From contig NIVC01000112.1 in the NCBI GenBank assembly GCA_002269645.1, forward strand, positions 206,520 through 270,519: DNA of 64,000 nucleotides, read 5' to 3'. Below the pieces are notes generated by a model. That model saw only the letters and a list, made by a program, of their open reading frames with translations. It was not told the origin of the DNA and ran no database searches. Made by a program: the position numbers and the translations under genes. This document shows, piece after piece, positions 1-13,436 of this stretch; the first letter of the stretch is position 1, and each line of letters begins with the position of its first letter. This stretch comes from Macrostomum lignano. Lineage: Eukaryota.

Positions 1-3000
1 ATTGTCAATAGGTAATGAAAAATATAAAGAGAAACAATGCAGGAAAAGGATTTCATGGAAAATTTTGGATTTGAAATTTTGCATAGAGCCATATGGGCAT
101 TAAAAGAAAAAAAAAATTTTTTTTAACACCAGAAAAATGTTTCTAAATTATCCCTTTACACTATAAAACCTTTGTTTCCATTATAAGAAACACATTGCAG
201 CTAAGAAAAAGCATTTTCTGAACCACTGTTTTTTTATTCATTTTGGCTTCAATTTTATATTCCTCCTAAAAAATGGTCAACTTTAAAAATAGACAGTGCA
301 AAAAGTATAACAAAGCTAGACTTGCAGTTGGTGTCATTTGAAAGAGCTCCTTTTTACCTTTTAAATGCATATTTTACTTTCATCCTGGCTTCTATAGTTT
401 CTTTAAAATCGCCCTTGAAAAATTGAACTTTTTTCTTACTTTTTTGCCATTGGCACGCACTTCTTATAACTCACTGAAGTCCCTAACTAGGAACCACTTC
501 AAATATGCCCAAAGTCAGGGGCGTGGCCGCAAGTAATGCTAGTTTGTTTTGCCCAATTATTTTTAAGTTTAAATCATTTTAGCATATGAATTTATTCAAG
601 TGACAACTACCCCATACTCTGAAAAATTTAACACATGCCAGAATTTTCTGGTGTGAATTCTAAAATGTCGACATACATGCAAAGCATCGTGCTAATGAAA
701 AAAAAACTTGCTAGAAATAACTTAAAATTAAAATTTCAGTAATATACGCCTACGCCTATAGGCCCTGAATCTTGTAGCCATGGTGCTTTACTAAATAATG
801 TATATTTATAATCAATTAGCCTTAGTCACTTTGGTCAAAGTGATTGTTAATTTGTTACCTAATAGTAGAAAAATATACTGATCAAATAGATGCGCGCGCA
901 GTTTATTAGAAACTAGATTGCAGCAAAACCAGTTTAAAATTTAGATCCATCTAGTTTTAACAAAAATAATATAGCATTAAGAGGCAATATTTAGGAGTAC
1001 AGAAAGTAAAATAGTACTTATTAATTAAAACTGTTAAAAAAAATTTAGTTGCTATTTTATTACCTTGTTAGGCAATCTTTATCTACATTAGTAAAAAAAC
1101 ATTTGGTCAACGTTGGATCGAGAAATTTTAATTACTTTTTATTTTTAATCAATTATTTCATTTCATTTGCTGTAAACCAGAAGAATTGTATCTAAACTTA
1201 AAAAAAACGATAAGTTGACAAGCTAAGAGTCTCTACTAAAACATGATTTTTATTTTTAAAAATTTAAGTAAAACTTTGACAAAACTAAAACTAAAAGTAT
1301 TTAGGTGGTTAGGCCTATTACTAGTAGTCTTGGGTGGGCCTACCTGTGCTGTGGGCTGTGCAGCCTGTGCTGTGGTTCCAGCTAGGTCTAGTATTGTTTA
1401 TGGGGGTAATAGCTAGGGCCTAGAGTTCTGGTACTGTAACTCATTTTCTAATGGCTATGGCCATGGGTCTAAGGTCGAGTATGGATCTAGGCTCATCTAG
1501 TAGGCCTAGTCTTCTGCAGGAAGTTATACTACAAATGAAATCTTTGAATAGAAGTAACTTGTTTAAGTTGTTTTAAATCTTATCATTTTGTTTTGATCTT
1601 ATCTTGAACAAAATCTCAATATCAACCACCTATTAAAAAGTAAAATGACTCTTATATAGGTGGCAGGCCCCTAGGCCTAGAGCCTAGGCCTATAATATTA
1701 CATCTTTTCCACCCTAAGTGAAAATCCTTATTAGCATTGTTTATCTTGTTAACATTAATAAGTACTAGCAAGTATATATATGCTTAGAGAGACTGAACAT
1801 TCCACATAGAATGCAATAACCATGTTAAATCAATATAGTTATATAGGTCTATTTGTGCCTATGATGCCTAATTTGTGGCTATGGGTCTTCAAATACAGTT
1901 TTAATACTATTAGCTAGCGAGCAAGATAGTGCCATTAGCTACAAGTATTTATATAAAGTATACATAGGTCTGTTGTATTAAGTATATAGGATAAAGCCAA
2001 GCAGGCTAATTCTTTGATAAACTAGGGGGCCTACTAGGCTAGGCTTTAATGAAAAATATAAACATTATGTTAATGTTCCTCATTTGGGAAGACTTCTTAT
2101 ATTTGTAGCATAGTAACTGCCAAGCAGCAGGTTCAAAGTCTAGCATTTTATACATTATGGTAGCTTCAATATTATACAATAAAGAGCAATAAATATAGCT
2201 ACATATTTTAAACTATGATTATAGCTTGCAACAACTTTAGTGTTCAATATTGAGCCATTTTTGCTAAAATCAATCACATACCTTAGATAGATACTTGTAC
2301 CTATAGACAGACCATTTTTAGTACATGGATTGTTATATATATATTATTGTTATATGCGCATAATTGATTACATGTAAATGTATATTTAGAACTATATATA
2401 ATTGAACTATACATTGCACAACACATCACAATATATTCTGAAGGGTGTTATAAATTTGTGCATAGATTTTTACATATATGCAACTTATATTAAAAAATTA
2501 TATATATCAAGGACTTACAAATTAAAGGTTGGGGAGGGGGGAGTTTCAATTCCCAATCACACTGGAACAATTTGTGTTCTTGAGCAACACACTTAACTCT
2601 GCATTGCTTCAGTTCTCTAGTTTTAAAATAGGTGCCAGCATTAGCTAGGGTAATTGAGAGTGTATGGCAACCCCCCCCCCCTAGTCCTTGGACTGAACAG
2701 CCATACACAGCCCTCAGATGCACTGGGCGATAGCTGTTGGTTGCAATCAGTTGTAATCAATTATGATTGTTATTGATATTGAAAATCAACAAGTTTGGTG
2801 TCATTAGAAAGTAGAATATATAAGCATTAATGTGTTGAAAAAAGCATTCTTAAAAAAGTTATCCCTTTCTATTTAGTAGACAGTAGATTTTGCTCTTTTC
2901 AAGCGTGCGGTAAAGCAAAAAAAGATGGCAGATGAAATTGCTATACACAATGTAAATTGAGATTGCCCAGTTGTTTAATTTGCTCTTTCTTAAAACTTTA

Positions 3001-3201
3001 TCTGCTGTGTTATGTATTACTATAAGTAGGGATAGTGGGTGCCAAACTAATTCTACAAATACTGATAATTTAAATACATATATAAATTTAATGGCAGCGC
3101 ACTTCTGGCGTAAAAATGCGCAGGATGCCAAAATTGAATTTGATTAACTTCACATCTTGCTGAATGTCAGCCAGCTCCAGCCTGGTCAGTCAAATAAGGT
3201 C

Positions 3202-6200
3202 ATGTCAGCCCATGGAAAATCTTCTGCAGCCCCTCATGTAGCCGCCAATGCAGCTCCTAGCGGTGACAAGGCCGACCCATTTCGCAACCGCAATGAGCTG
3301 AAGGCGAGCAAAAAACCGAAGCGCTCGCACGGCTCGTCGCATTATCGACCGAAAGCCCCAACTGAGCTGAACGCGCTGCCGCCGCTGAAAGATGCAACCA
3401 GCGCTGATCAGATTGAACTGTTCCAGCAGAAGCTGCAGCAGTGCCGAGTTGTGTTCGACTTCAGCGACCCCGTGTCCGATCTGAAATCGAAAGAGGTTAA
3501 ACGGACCTGCCTGAATGAACTGGTTGACTTTGTCACTGTCACTAGGGGCGTGCTGCAGGACTCAACTTATCCAGAGATTATACGAATGGTGAGGAAATTT
3601 CAGTATTCAAGCCTGACAAGTGACATTTAAGCATTCCCCTGAGTCTTGGCATCTCAGCATTCCCCCCTGTGTGTCTTGGCATCTCGGCAATCCCCCCTGT
3701 GTGTCTTGGCATCTCAGCGTTCCCCTCTGTGAGTCTTGGCATCTCAGCTATTCCCCCTGTGAGTCTTGGCATCTCAGCTATTCCCCTCTGTGAGTCTTGG
3801 CATCTCAGCTATTCCCCTCTGTGAGTCTTGGCATCTCAGCTATTCCCCCTGTGAGTCTTGGCATCTCAGCTATTCCCCTCTGTGAGTCTTGGCATCTCAG
3901 CTATTCCCCTCTGTGAGTCTTGGCATCTCAGCTATTCCCCTCTGTGAGTCTTGGCATCTCAGCATTCCCTTCCCCCCCCCTGAGTCTTGGCATCTCAACA
4001 TCCCCCCCCCCCTGAGTCTTGGCATCTCAGCATCCCCAAATCATGAAACGAGAGATTCAAGTAAATTGGGGCCTTATTGCGCAAGTTGGCTTTTAGTCTA
4101 AGAAACTAGAAATCCCTGGTCTGGATGGAGTGCTCCCAATGGTTGACTTATATTTGACATAATTTTTTCTCTTTATCCCTCCTACGCCTCATCTTTTCTC
4201 TCCCTAAAGTGCCCATTTACAAGTACAAAAATTTTCCTTACCCCCGCCAATGTACAAATGTACAAATGTACACATGCTTGGGTCACAAAGCCACCCACCC
4301 CTCCCCAACCCCCCGCCAATTTACAAATGTACAAATGTACACATGCTTGGATCATAAAGCCGCCCATCCCCTCCCCCAATCCGCAGATTGCGTGCAACAT
4401 TTTCCGCAATCTGCCTCCGTCCGACAACGCCGAGTTCGATCCAGATGAGGATGATCCAACATTGGAGGCTTCTTGGCCACATCTGCAGGTCTGCTATAGC
4501 CTTTATAAATCGTTTAATAACAATGCCTTAAAATGAAAGAAGTCTCCGAATGACCTGATTTCATAATATTCTAGTTCATCTACGAATTCTTTCTGCGCGT
4601 ACTGGAGTCGCCAGATTTCCAACCTTCCGTGGCTAAAAAGTACATCGACCAGCGGTTCGTACTGCAGGTGTGTTAATAATGAAATGTTAATGTTAAAGTA
4701 ACAAAATCAGATATTGATATGTCAACTACTCTACTGTTAGTAGAAATTCAAGTAAATGAATAGCAAAACATAAAACACGATAGCCATTTGCTTGTTCATC
4801 TACTGTTAGTAGAAATGCGAGTAAATAAATAGCAAAACATTAAACACGATAGCCATTTGCTTGTTCATCTACTGTTAGTAGAAATGCGAGTAAATGAATA
4901 GCAAAACATTAAACACGATAGCCATTTGCTTGTTCATATACTGTTAGTAGCAATGCAAGAAAAATATGGCAAAAACTTTTAACTGTTACTAAGATTTACA
5001 TTGAACTGATCTGACAGTCTGATCACTTATCCCAATTTAATAATCCCTCTTCAAACCTCAGCTCCTCGAACTATTCGACAGCGAAGATCCTCGAGAGCGC
5101 GACTTTTTGAAAACTGTTCTCCACCGAATCTATGGCAAATTTCTCGGCCTGAGAGCTTTCATTAGGAAGCAGATTAATAATATTTTCCTGCGGTTCATCT
5201 ATCAGACTGAGAAGTTCAATGGTATTGGCGAGTTGCTTGAGATTCTGGGCAGCATCATCAATGGATTTGCGCTGCCGTTGAAGGCTGAGCACAAGCAGTT
5301 CCTCATGAAGGTGCTGCTGCCGCTGCACAAGGCCAAGTCTCTCGGCATGTTTCACGCCCAGCTGGCCTACTGTGTAGTGCAGTTCCTTGAGAAGGACTCA
5401 ACCCTCACCGAGCCGGTGGTGCTGGGGCTGCTCAAGTTCTGGCCCAGGACAGTCAGCTCCAAGGAGGTGATGTACCTCGGCGAGATTGAAGAGATTCTGG
5501 ACGTGATCGAGCCGGCCCAGTTTGAGAAGATTATGAGACCGCTGTTTAGACAGGTGGCCCGGTCTGTGGGCAGCTCGCATTTTCAGGTAGGAACTCGTGC
5601 TTCTCTTTCTGTAAGGTATTGCATTACGGTTAGATAAGGCATGTTGTATGAATGCGTTGGCTGCGTTTTGCTGTCTGAGTAGCTTTTAGATACCTAGGAT
5701 AGTTTTTAAAAACCTTTGGAAGTAGATAGGGTAGTTGGTAGTCACCTAGGGTAGTTTGTAAGTACTTAGGGTAGTTTATAGACAACTAGGGTAGTTTATA
5801 GACACCTAGGGTAGTTTGTAAGTACTTAGGGTAGTTTGTAAGTACCTAGGCTAGTTTGTAAGTACCTAGGGTAGTTTATAGACACCTAGGGTAGTTTGTA
5901 AGTACCTACGGTAGTCTGTAGACACCTAGGGTATTTTGTAAGTACCTACGGTAGTTTTTAAGCACCTAGGGTAGAATTTAGTACCCGGGGTAGTTTGTAG
6001 ATACAAGACAATCCGAGTTCTCTAGTATGTATTTATTTTCAAAAGCAAGTTACAAGCTAACTGCACCAATCCGCAGGTGGCCGAGCGAGCGGTGCTCTAC
6101 TGGAACAATGAGTACATTGCATCACTGGTTGAGGAGCACAATGAAGTCCTCATGCCCATTCTGTTCCCAGCGTTCTACAGGATTTCGCGCGAGCACTGGA

Positions 6201-8361
6201 ACCAAACCATTGTGGCCATGGTCTACAATGTGCTCAAGACCTTTATGGAGATGAACACTAAACTCTTTGATGATCTCACCAACGCCTACAAGAATGAGAG
6301 GCAAAAGTGAGTTTGAAAACTTTTCATCTCTACTATGCGTGCCTGAGAATCTGGCCTTATCCACCCCTTATCCGCTTTTGAGAATCTGCCCTTATCCGCC
6401 CCTTATCCGCTTCTGAGAATCTGCCCTTATCCGCCCCTTATCCGCTTCTGAGAATCTGCCCTTACCCGCCCCTTATCCGCTTCTGAGAATCTGCCCTTAC
6501 CCGCCCCTTATCCGCTTCTGAGAATCTGCCCTTATCCGCCCCTTATCCGCTTCTGAGAATCTGCCCTTACCCGCCCCTTATCCGCTTCTGAGAATCTGCC
6601 CTTACCCGCCCCTTATCCGCTTCTGAGAATCTGCCCTTATCCGCCCCTTATCCGCTTCTGAGAATCTGCCCTTATCCGCCCCTTATCCGCTTCTGAGAAT
6701 CTGCCCTTACCCGCCCCTTATCCGCTTCTGAGAATGTGCCCTTACCCGCCCCTTATCCGCTTCTGAGAATCTGCCCTTATCCGCCCCTTATCCGCTTCTG
6801 AGAATCTGCCCTTATCCTCCCCTGAGAATCTCCCTTTATCCGCCCCTTATCCGCCCCTGAGAATCTCCTTTAATCCGCCCCTGAGAATCTCCCCTTATCT
6901 GCCCCTGAGAATCTTCCTTTATTCTCCTCTGAGAATCTCCCTTTATCCGCCCCTTATCCGCCCCTGAGAATCCCCTTTAATCCGCCCCTGAGAATCTCCC
7001 CTTATCCGCCCCTGAGAACCTCCCTTTATCCGCCCCTGAGAATCTCCCTTATTCGCCCCTGAGAATCTCCCCTTATCCGCCTCTGGGAATCTCCCCTTAT
7101 CCGCCCTTGAGAATCTCCCCTTATCCGCCCTTGAGAATCTCCCCTTATCCGCCCTTGAGAATCTTCATTTATTCTCCCCTGAGAACCTCCCCTTATCCGC
7201 CCCTGAGAATCTCCCTTATTCGCCCCTGAGAATCTCCCCTTATCCGCCTCTGGGAATCTCCCCTTATCCGCCCTTGAGAATCTCCACTTATCCGCCCTTG
7301 AGAATCTCCCCTTATCCGCCCTTGAGAATCTTCATTTATTCTCCCCTGAGAATCTTCATTTATTCTCCCCTGAGAACCTCCCCTTATCCGCCCCTGAGAA
7401 TCTCCCTTATTCGCCCCTGAGAATCTCCCCTTATCCGCCTCTGGGAATCTCCCCTTATCCGCCTCTGGGAATCTCCCCTTATCCGCCTCTGGGAATCTCC
7501 CCTTATCCGCCTCTGGGAATCTCCCCTTATCCGCCCTTGAGAATCTCCCCTTATCCGCCCTTGAGAATCTTCATTTATTCTCCCCTGAGAATCTTCATTT
7601 ATTCTCCCTTGAGAATCTTCATTTATTCTCCCCTGAGAATCTCCCCTTATCCGCCTCTGGGAATCTCCCCTTATCCGCCCTTGAGAATCTCCACTTATCC
7701 GCCCTTGAGAATCTCCCCTTATCCGCCCTTGAGAATCTTCATTTATTCTCCCCTGAGAATCTTCATTTATTCTCCCCTGAGAATCTCCACTTATCCGCCC
7801 CTGAGAATCTCCCCTTATCCGCCCCTGAGAATCTCCCCTTATCCGCCTCTGGGAATCTCCCCTTATCCGCCCCTGAGAATCTCCACTTATCCGCCCTTGA
7901 GAATTTCCCCTTATCCGCCCCTGAGAATCTCCACTTATCCGCCCTTGAGAATTTCCCCTTATCCGCCCCTGAGAATCTCCACTTATCCGCCCTTGAGAAT
8001 TTCCCCTTATCCGCCCCTGAGAATCTCCACTTATCCGCCCTTGAGAATTTCCCCTTATCCGCCCCTGAGAATCTCCACTTATCCGCCCTTGAGAATTTCC
8101 CCTTATCCGCCCCTGAGAATCTCCCTTATCCGCCTCTGGGAATCTCCCCTTATCCGCCCCTGAGAATCTCCACTTATCCGCCCTTGAGAATTTCCCCTTA
8201 TCCGCCCCTGAGGATATCCATTTATCCGTCCCAGGAATTTTCCAATCCTCTGGCCAATAAATTTCAACTATTTTGCGGCATCAAATGTCTTCAGAGAGCG
8301 AAAGCGGGAGAAGGACCGGGACGACTTGCTGCGAAAGTTCGACGATATTCGCGTGAAATGA
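3202..8361 (+). CDS. PPP2R5: Protein phosphatase 2A regulatory subunit B56 (B'/PR61 family), 6 exons, 467 aa
   Basis: Exons 3202-3588, 4387-4488, 4575-4667, 5062-5586, 6077-6306, 8295-8361 join in frame with GT-AG boundaries (1404 nt). B56 hallmarks: [95 protein letters not shown] at 3202 follows a possible acceptor (aataag|gtcATG). Paralog letter not assignable. Confidence 0.95.
3633..4036. repeat. ~31-bp minisatellite in B56 intron 1
   Basis: Tandem CTCAGCTATTCCCCTCTGTGAGTCTTGGCAT. Confidence 0.9.
4732..4960. repeat. 69-bp tandem repeat (~3 copies) in B56 intron 3
   Basis: TACTGTTAGTAG... recurs at 4732, 4801, 4870. Confidence 0.85.
5690..6002. repeat. ~21-bp minisatellite in B56 intron 4
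   Basis: ACCTAGGGTAGTTTGTAAGT variants. Confidence 0.85.
6340..8225. repeat. 35-bp grading to 24-bp minisatellite in B56 intron 5
   Basis: CTGAGAATCTGCCCTTATCCGCCCCTTATCCGCTT then GAGAATCTCCCCTTATCCGCCCCT; explains ORF 7537-8163. Confidence 0.92.
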
Positions 8362-9295
8362 AAATATGAAAATGTTGTCATATTAAAATGTTTACCTCTT
8401 TCGTTTAGAAGAACAAATTTCAATTGAATGGTATGCGTTTGTTTCTAGTGCACAGGAACTTGTACTTTGTCTAATTAAGCAACTCTGAACTCTGGCAGTT
8501 CTGATAGAATTTGACCTTCAATTTTTCACATGCCACAATTTAATTTTGGTAGCTTAGTACAAAAAATGCTTACAACATTCGCGCAACTCTACTTTGTAGT
8601 GTTATAAGTAGTAGACATGTAAATTTAACAGTAGACATGTAATTCTGGTTGTTTCTGACAATTCAGCTATATATATGTATAGTAGCAGTCTTCAAGTTGT
8701 GCCATGCTTCTCCAATATAGTGGTTTTTCGATACATATCGGCCAGTAGAAATCATATAATTATTTGTTGCTCAACTAAAATTTTTTTTCAAATGCAAATT
8801 TTAAATTAGTTTTTTTCAATTTATAATCGAGTTAATCTACTTTGCTGCCTACTCAATCAGTAGTGTGTTTAGTGCATAGCTGCTATACTTTTAGCGTCCT
8901 CTATTGCCAGTCTGTTTTCTATAAGTGTTTAATATGACCATATATAACTTCCTGCGTATCCGTGTGCTTGTGCGTGTTGTGTTTTGTACACCAAATTTTG
9001 TATTGGACTCTGAGATAGTGCAGATTGATAATTATTATTGCTTTACAATTATAATGCGTCTTATCTGTTAGCAAAGTTCAACAATTGACCTGTGCTGTCA
9101 GTAAGCAAATATATTTTTGTGAAGCTGTGCGACTCTGTAGATGGGGAGTTCTTTTCTTAACGCTTTGCACACTAAAGCCACTTGAAAGTGTGTTGCTTCT
9201 TACTAGCAAATCTGAAGCCGTCTTATCACTTACTCGCTCTTGCTCCTTTTTTAATTCCTGGACACGACTCAGTTTCCTCCTTTGCCTAAATATCC

Positions 9296-10175
9296 CCTGT
9301 CCCTGTCTCCCCTGTCTCTGTCTCCCCTGTCCCTTCTCCCCTCTCTCTGTCTCCCCTGTCCTTGTCTTCCCTGTCTCCCCTGTCCCTGTCTCCCCTGTCC
9401 CTGTCTCCCCTGTCCCTGTCTCCCTTGTCCCTGTCTCCCCTGTCCCTTCTCCCCTGTCTCTGTCTCCCCTGTCCTTGTCTTCCCTGTCTCCCCTGTCCCT
9501 GTCTCCCTTGTCCCTGTCTCCCCTGTCCCTTCTCCCCTCTCTCTGTCTCCCCTGTCCTTGTCTTCCCTGTCTCCCCTGTCCCTGTCTCCCCTGTCCCTGT
9601 CTCCCCTGTCCCTGTCTCCCTTGTCCCTGTCTCCCCTGTCCCTTCTCCCCTGTCTCTGTCTCCCCTGTCCTTGTCTTCCCTGTCTCCCCTGTCCTTGTCT
9701 TCCCTGTCTCCCCTGTCCCTGTCTCCCTTGTCCCTGTCTCCCCTGTCCCTTCTCCCCTCTCTCTGTCTCCCCTGTCCTTGTCTTCCCTGTCTCCCCTGTC
9801 CCTGTCTCCCCTGTCCCTGTCTCCCCTGTCCCTGTCTCCCTGTCCCTGTCTCCCTTGTCCCTGTCTCCCCTGTCCCTTCTCCCCGTCCCTTCTCCCCTGT
9901 CTCTGTCTCCCCTGTCCTTGTCTTCCCTGTCTCCCCTGTCCCTGTCTCCCTTGTCCCTGTCTCCCCTGTCCCTTCTCCCCTGTCTCTGTCTCTCCTGTCC
10001 TTGTCTTCCCTGTCTCCCCTGTCCCTGTCTCCCTTGTCCCTGTCTCCCCTGTCCCTGTCTTCCCTGTCTCTGTCTCCCCTGTCCTTGTCTTCCCTGTCCC
10101 TGTCTCCCCTGTCTCTGTCTCCCCTGTCCTTGTCTTCCCTGTCTCTGTCTCCCCTGTCCCTGTCTCCTCTGTCTG
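9296..10175. repeat. Polypyrimidine/polypurine ~15-bp minisatellite
   Basis: CTCCCCTGTCCCTGT variants; source of several spurious ORFs. Confidence 0.92.
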
Positions 10176-10764
10176 TTTTTAGCCCAGCGGTGATGCGCCA
10201 GCGGCCCAGGCTCGATTCCAAGTGCCTTCACATTAATTTGTGCCTAAATTCCTCGGCTTGGCTCTGCTCTTGCAACAAACAGTCTTGAAGGCCAAACCCA
10301 GAGGCACAGCGAAGTGTACATGCCTTACGATTTATAAAGTTAGGGCCGCTTTATACATCTATATAGGGTGCAGTGCCTGCTTAAGACAAGATCCATGTAT
10401 ATTAATGGATTCGAATCCCGATCACAGATTTTTTAATTCTCTAGGCAGACGTTTATCAACTCCCACACACTAAATTTACACTGCCAGAACCTGGTTTGGA
10501 TTCTCCAGTTGGCATCCGCGCAGCTTTATCCAAAAATGTAGAGAATTTTGTGCAAACTTCTGTTAGTCATTTGTTTCCTACCTAAACCCAGGTTGAGTTT
10601 CATTTGAACAAAACTCATCCGGTTGACATCAACATGTAGCAGCAGCCAATATTGGTGAGAGTTTGCATCCGGCATCGAATTCCTGTTTTCTGACTAAGTC
10701 GATGTGTTCATTGGTTACAGAGATTCGTTGCTTGAGCAGCGCAGAGACTAAAATTCTGCGGCTC

Positions 10765-11780
10765 ACGGGGAATTGCTGAGATGTCAAGGCTCACGGGGAA
10801 TTTGCTGAGATGTCAAGGCTCACGGGGAATTGCTGAGATGTCAAGGCTCACGGGTAATCGCTGAGATGTCAAGGCTCACGGGGAATTTGCTGAGATGTCA
10901 AGGCTCACGGGGAATTGCTGAGATGTCAAGGCTCACGGGTAATCGCTGAGATGTCATGATGCTCATGGGGAATTGCTGAGATGTCAAGGCTCACGGGTAA
11001 TCGCTGAGATGTCATGGCTCATGGGGAATTGCTGAGATGTCAAGGCTCACGGAGGAATTGCTGAGATGTCAAGGCTTACGGAGGAATTGCTGAGATGTCA
11101 AGGCTCACGGGGAATTGCTGAGATGTCAAGGCTTACGGAGGAATTGCTGAGATGTCAAGGCTTACGGAGGAATCGCTGAGATGTCAAGGCTCACGGGGAA
11201 TTGCTGAGATGTCAAGGCTCACGGGGAATTGCTGAGATGTCAAGGCTCACGGGTAATCGCTGAGATGTCAAGGCTCACGGGGAAATTGCTGAGATGTCAA
11301 GGCTCATGGGGAATTGCTGAGATGTCATGGCTCATGGGGAATTGCTGAGATGTCAAGGCTCACGGGGAATTGCTGAGATGTCAAGGCTCACGGGGAATTG
11401 CTGAGATGTCAAGGCTCACGGGTAATCGCTGAGATGTCAAGGCTCACGGGGAAATTGCTGAGATGTCAAGGCTCATGGGGAATTGCTGAGATGTCATGGC
11501 TCATGGGGAATTGCTGAGATGTCAAGGCTCACGGGGAATTGCTGAGATGTCAAGGCTCACGGGGAATTGCTGAGATGTCAAGGCTCATGGGAAATTGCTG
11601 AGATGTCAAGGCTCATGGGAAATTGCTGAGATGTCAAGGCTCATGGGAAATTGCTGAGATGTCAAGGCTTACGGGGAATTGCTGAAATGTCAAGGCTCAT
11701 GGGGAATTGCTGAGATGTCAAGGCTCATGGGGAATTGCTGAGATGTCAAGGCTCACGGGGAATTGCTGAGATGTCAATGA
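10765..11780. repeat. 28-bp minisatellite
   Basis: GCTCACGGGGAATTGCTGAGATGTCAAG. Confidence 0.92.
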
Positions 11781-12344
11781 AGTCCATGAGGAATTGTTGG
11801 GAGTTAGGAAAAATCATTTTCTGTAAGATAACCAAACATAACAATAGCGACTGACTAAGATCAAAACCCACAGATTATGAAAATAATTTAATTAATTACT
11901 TCTTTGTTGCCTCCAGTCTATATTTAACGTTGCAATTGTATCGTCAGAGAAGCGGTAAAAATAGAATTAAGGAAGGTGGAGTAAATTTATTAATAAATTA
12001 ATTAAGAAGCCATATATACTCAAAAAGAAGAAAATCTAACCGATTGAATTAAAGCAAAAAAACAAAAACCAAAGTGCAGTATTTGATAGGAAAAAAGTAT
12101 TTTATGCATTATTTAGTCAAACCGTTTACGTAGTCAAAACGACTGGATTTTAATATGCACTTCAACATATTTTAGAACAGAGAATTATGTAGTATAGAGA
12201 GTTTACCGAAATCTTTCATGCATTTGAAGTTAGACCTATGCAAAATACAGGTGTATCAAGCTATTTAGAAATAAAATTTTCCATTGAAAACACAGTAAAG
12301 TGTAATTACAGCTTACACTCACTATAGCTCTCTATGCAGATACA

Positions 12345-13397
12345 GTCTGCACCACCCACTCAGAGTCACCACCCACTCAGAGTCACCACCCACTCAGCTG
12401 CACCACCCATTCAGAGTCACCACCCACTTAGAGTCACCACCCACTCAGAGTCGCCACCCACTCAGAGTCACCACCCACTCAGAGTCACCACCCACTCAGA
12501 GTCACCACCCACTCAGAGTCACCACCCACTCAGAGTCACCACCCACTCAGAGTCACCACCCACTCAGCTGCACCACCCATTCAGAGTCACCACCCACTTA
12601 GAGTTACCACCCACTCAGAGTCACCACCCACTCAGAGTCACCACCCACTCAGAGTCACCACCCACTCAGAGTCACCACCCATTCAGAGTCACCACCCACT
12701 TAGAGTCACCACCCACTCAGCTGCACCACCCATTCAGAGTCACCACCCACTCAGAGTCACCACCCACTCAGAGTCACCACCCACTCAGAGTCACCACCCA
12801 CTCAGAGTCACCACCCACTCAGAGTCACCACCCACTTAGAGTCACCACCCACTCAGCTGCACCACCCATTCAGAGTCACCACCCACTCAGAGTCACCACC
12901 CACTCAGAGTCACCACCCACTCAGAGTCACCACCCACTCAGAGTCACCACCCACTTAGAGTCACCACCCACTCAGCTGCACCACCCATTCAGAGTCACCA
13001 CCCACTCAGAGTCACCACCCACTCAGAGTCACCACCCACTCAGAGTCACCACCCACTCAGCTGCACCACCCATTCAGAGTCACCACCCACTCAGAGTCAC
13101 CACCCACTCAGAGTCACCACCCACTCAGAGTCACCACCCACTCAGAGTCACCACCCACTCAGAGTCACCACCCACTCAGAGTCACCACCCACTCAGCTGC
13201 ACCACCCATTCAGAGTCACCACCCACTCAGAGTCACCACCCACTCAGAGTCACCACCCACTCAGAGTCACCACCCACTCAGAGTCACCACCCACTCAGAG
13301 TCACAACCCACTCAGAGTCACCACCCACTCAGAGTCACCACCCACTCAGAGTCACCACCCACTCAGAGTCACCACCCACTCAGAGTCACCACCCGCT
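12345..13397. repeat. 17-bp minisatellite
   Basis: CAGAGTCACCACCCACT; explains the 17-aa periodicity of ORF 12334-13680. Confidence 0.92.
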
Positions 13398-13436
13398 CAG
13401 CATCTCTTCACCATCCAGTTGCTATCCGAACTCGAG

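Noticed and set aside
9085-10288. Multiple 300-365 aa PCLP/RDRG/SPLSL ORFs (also at 27864-28972 and 33024-34207)
   Set aside because: Low-complexity purine/pyrimidine satellite open in most frames.
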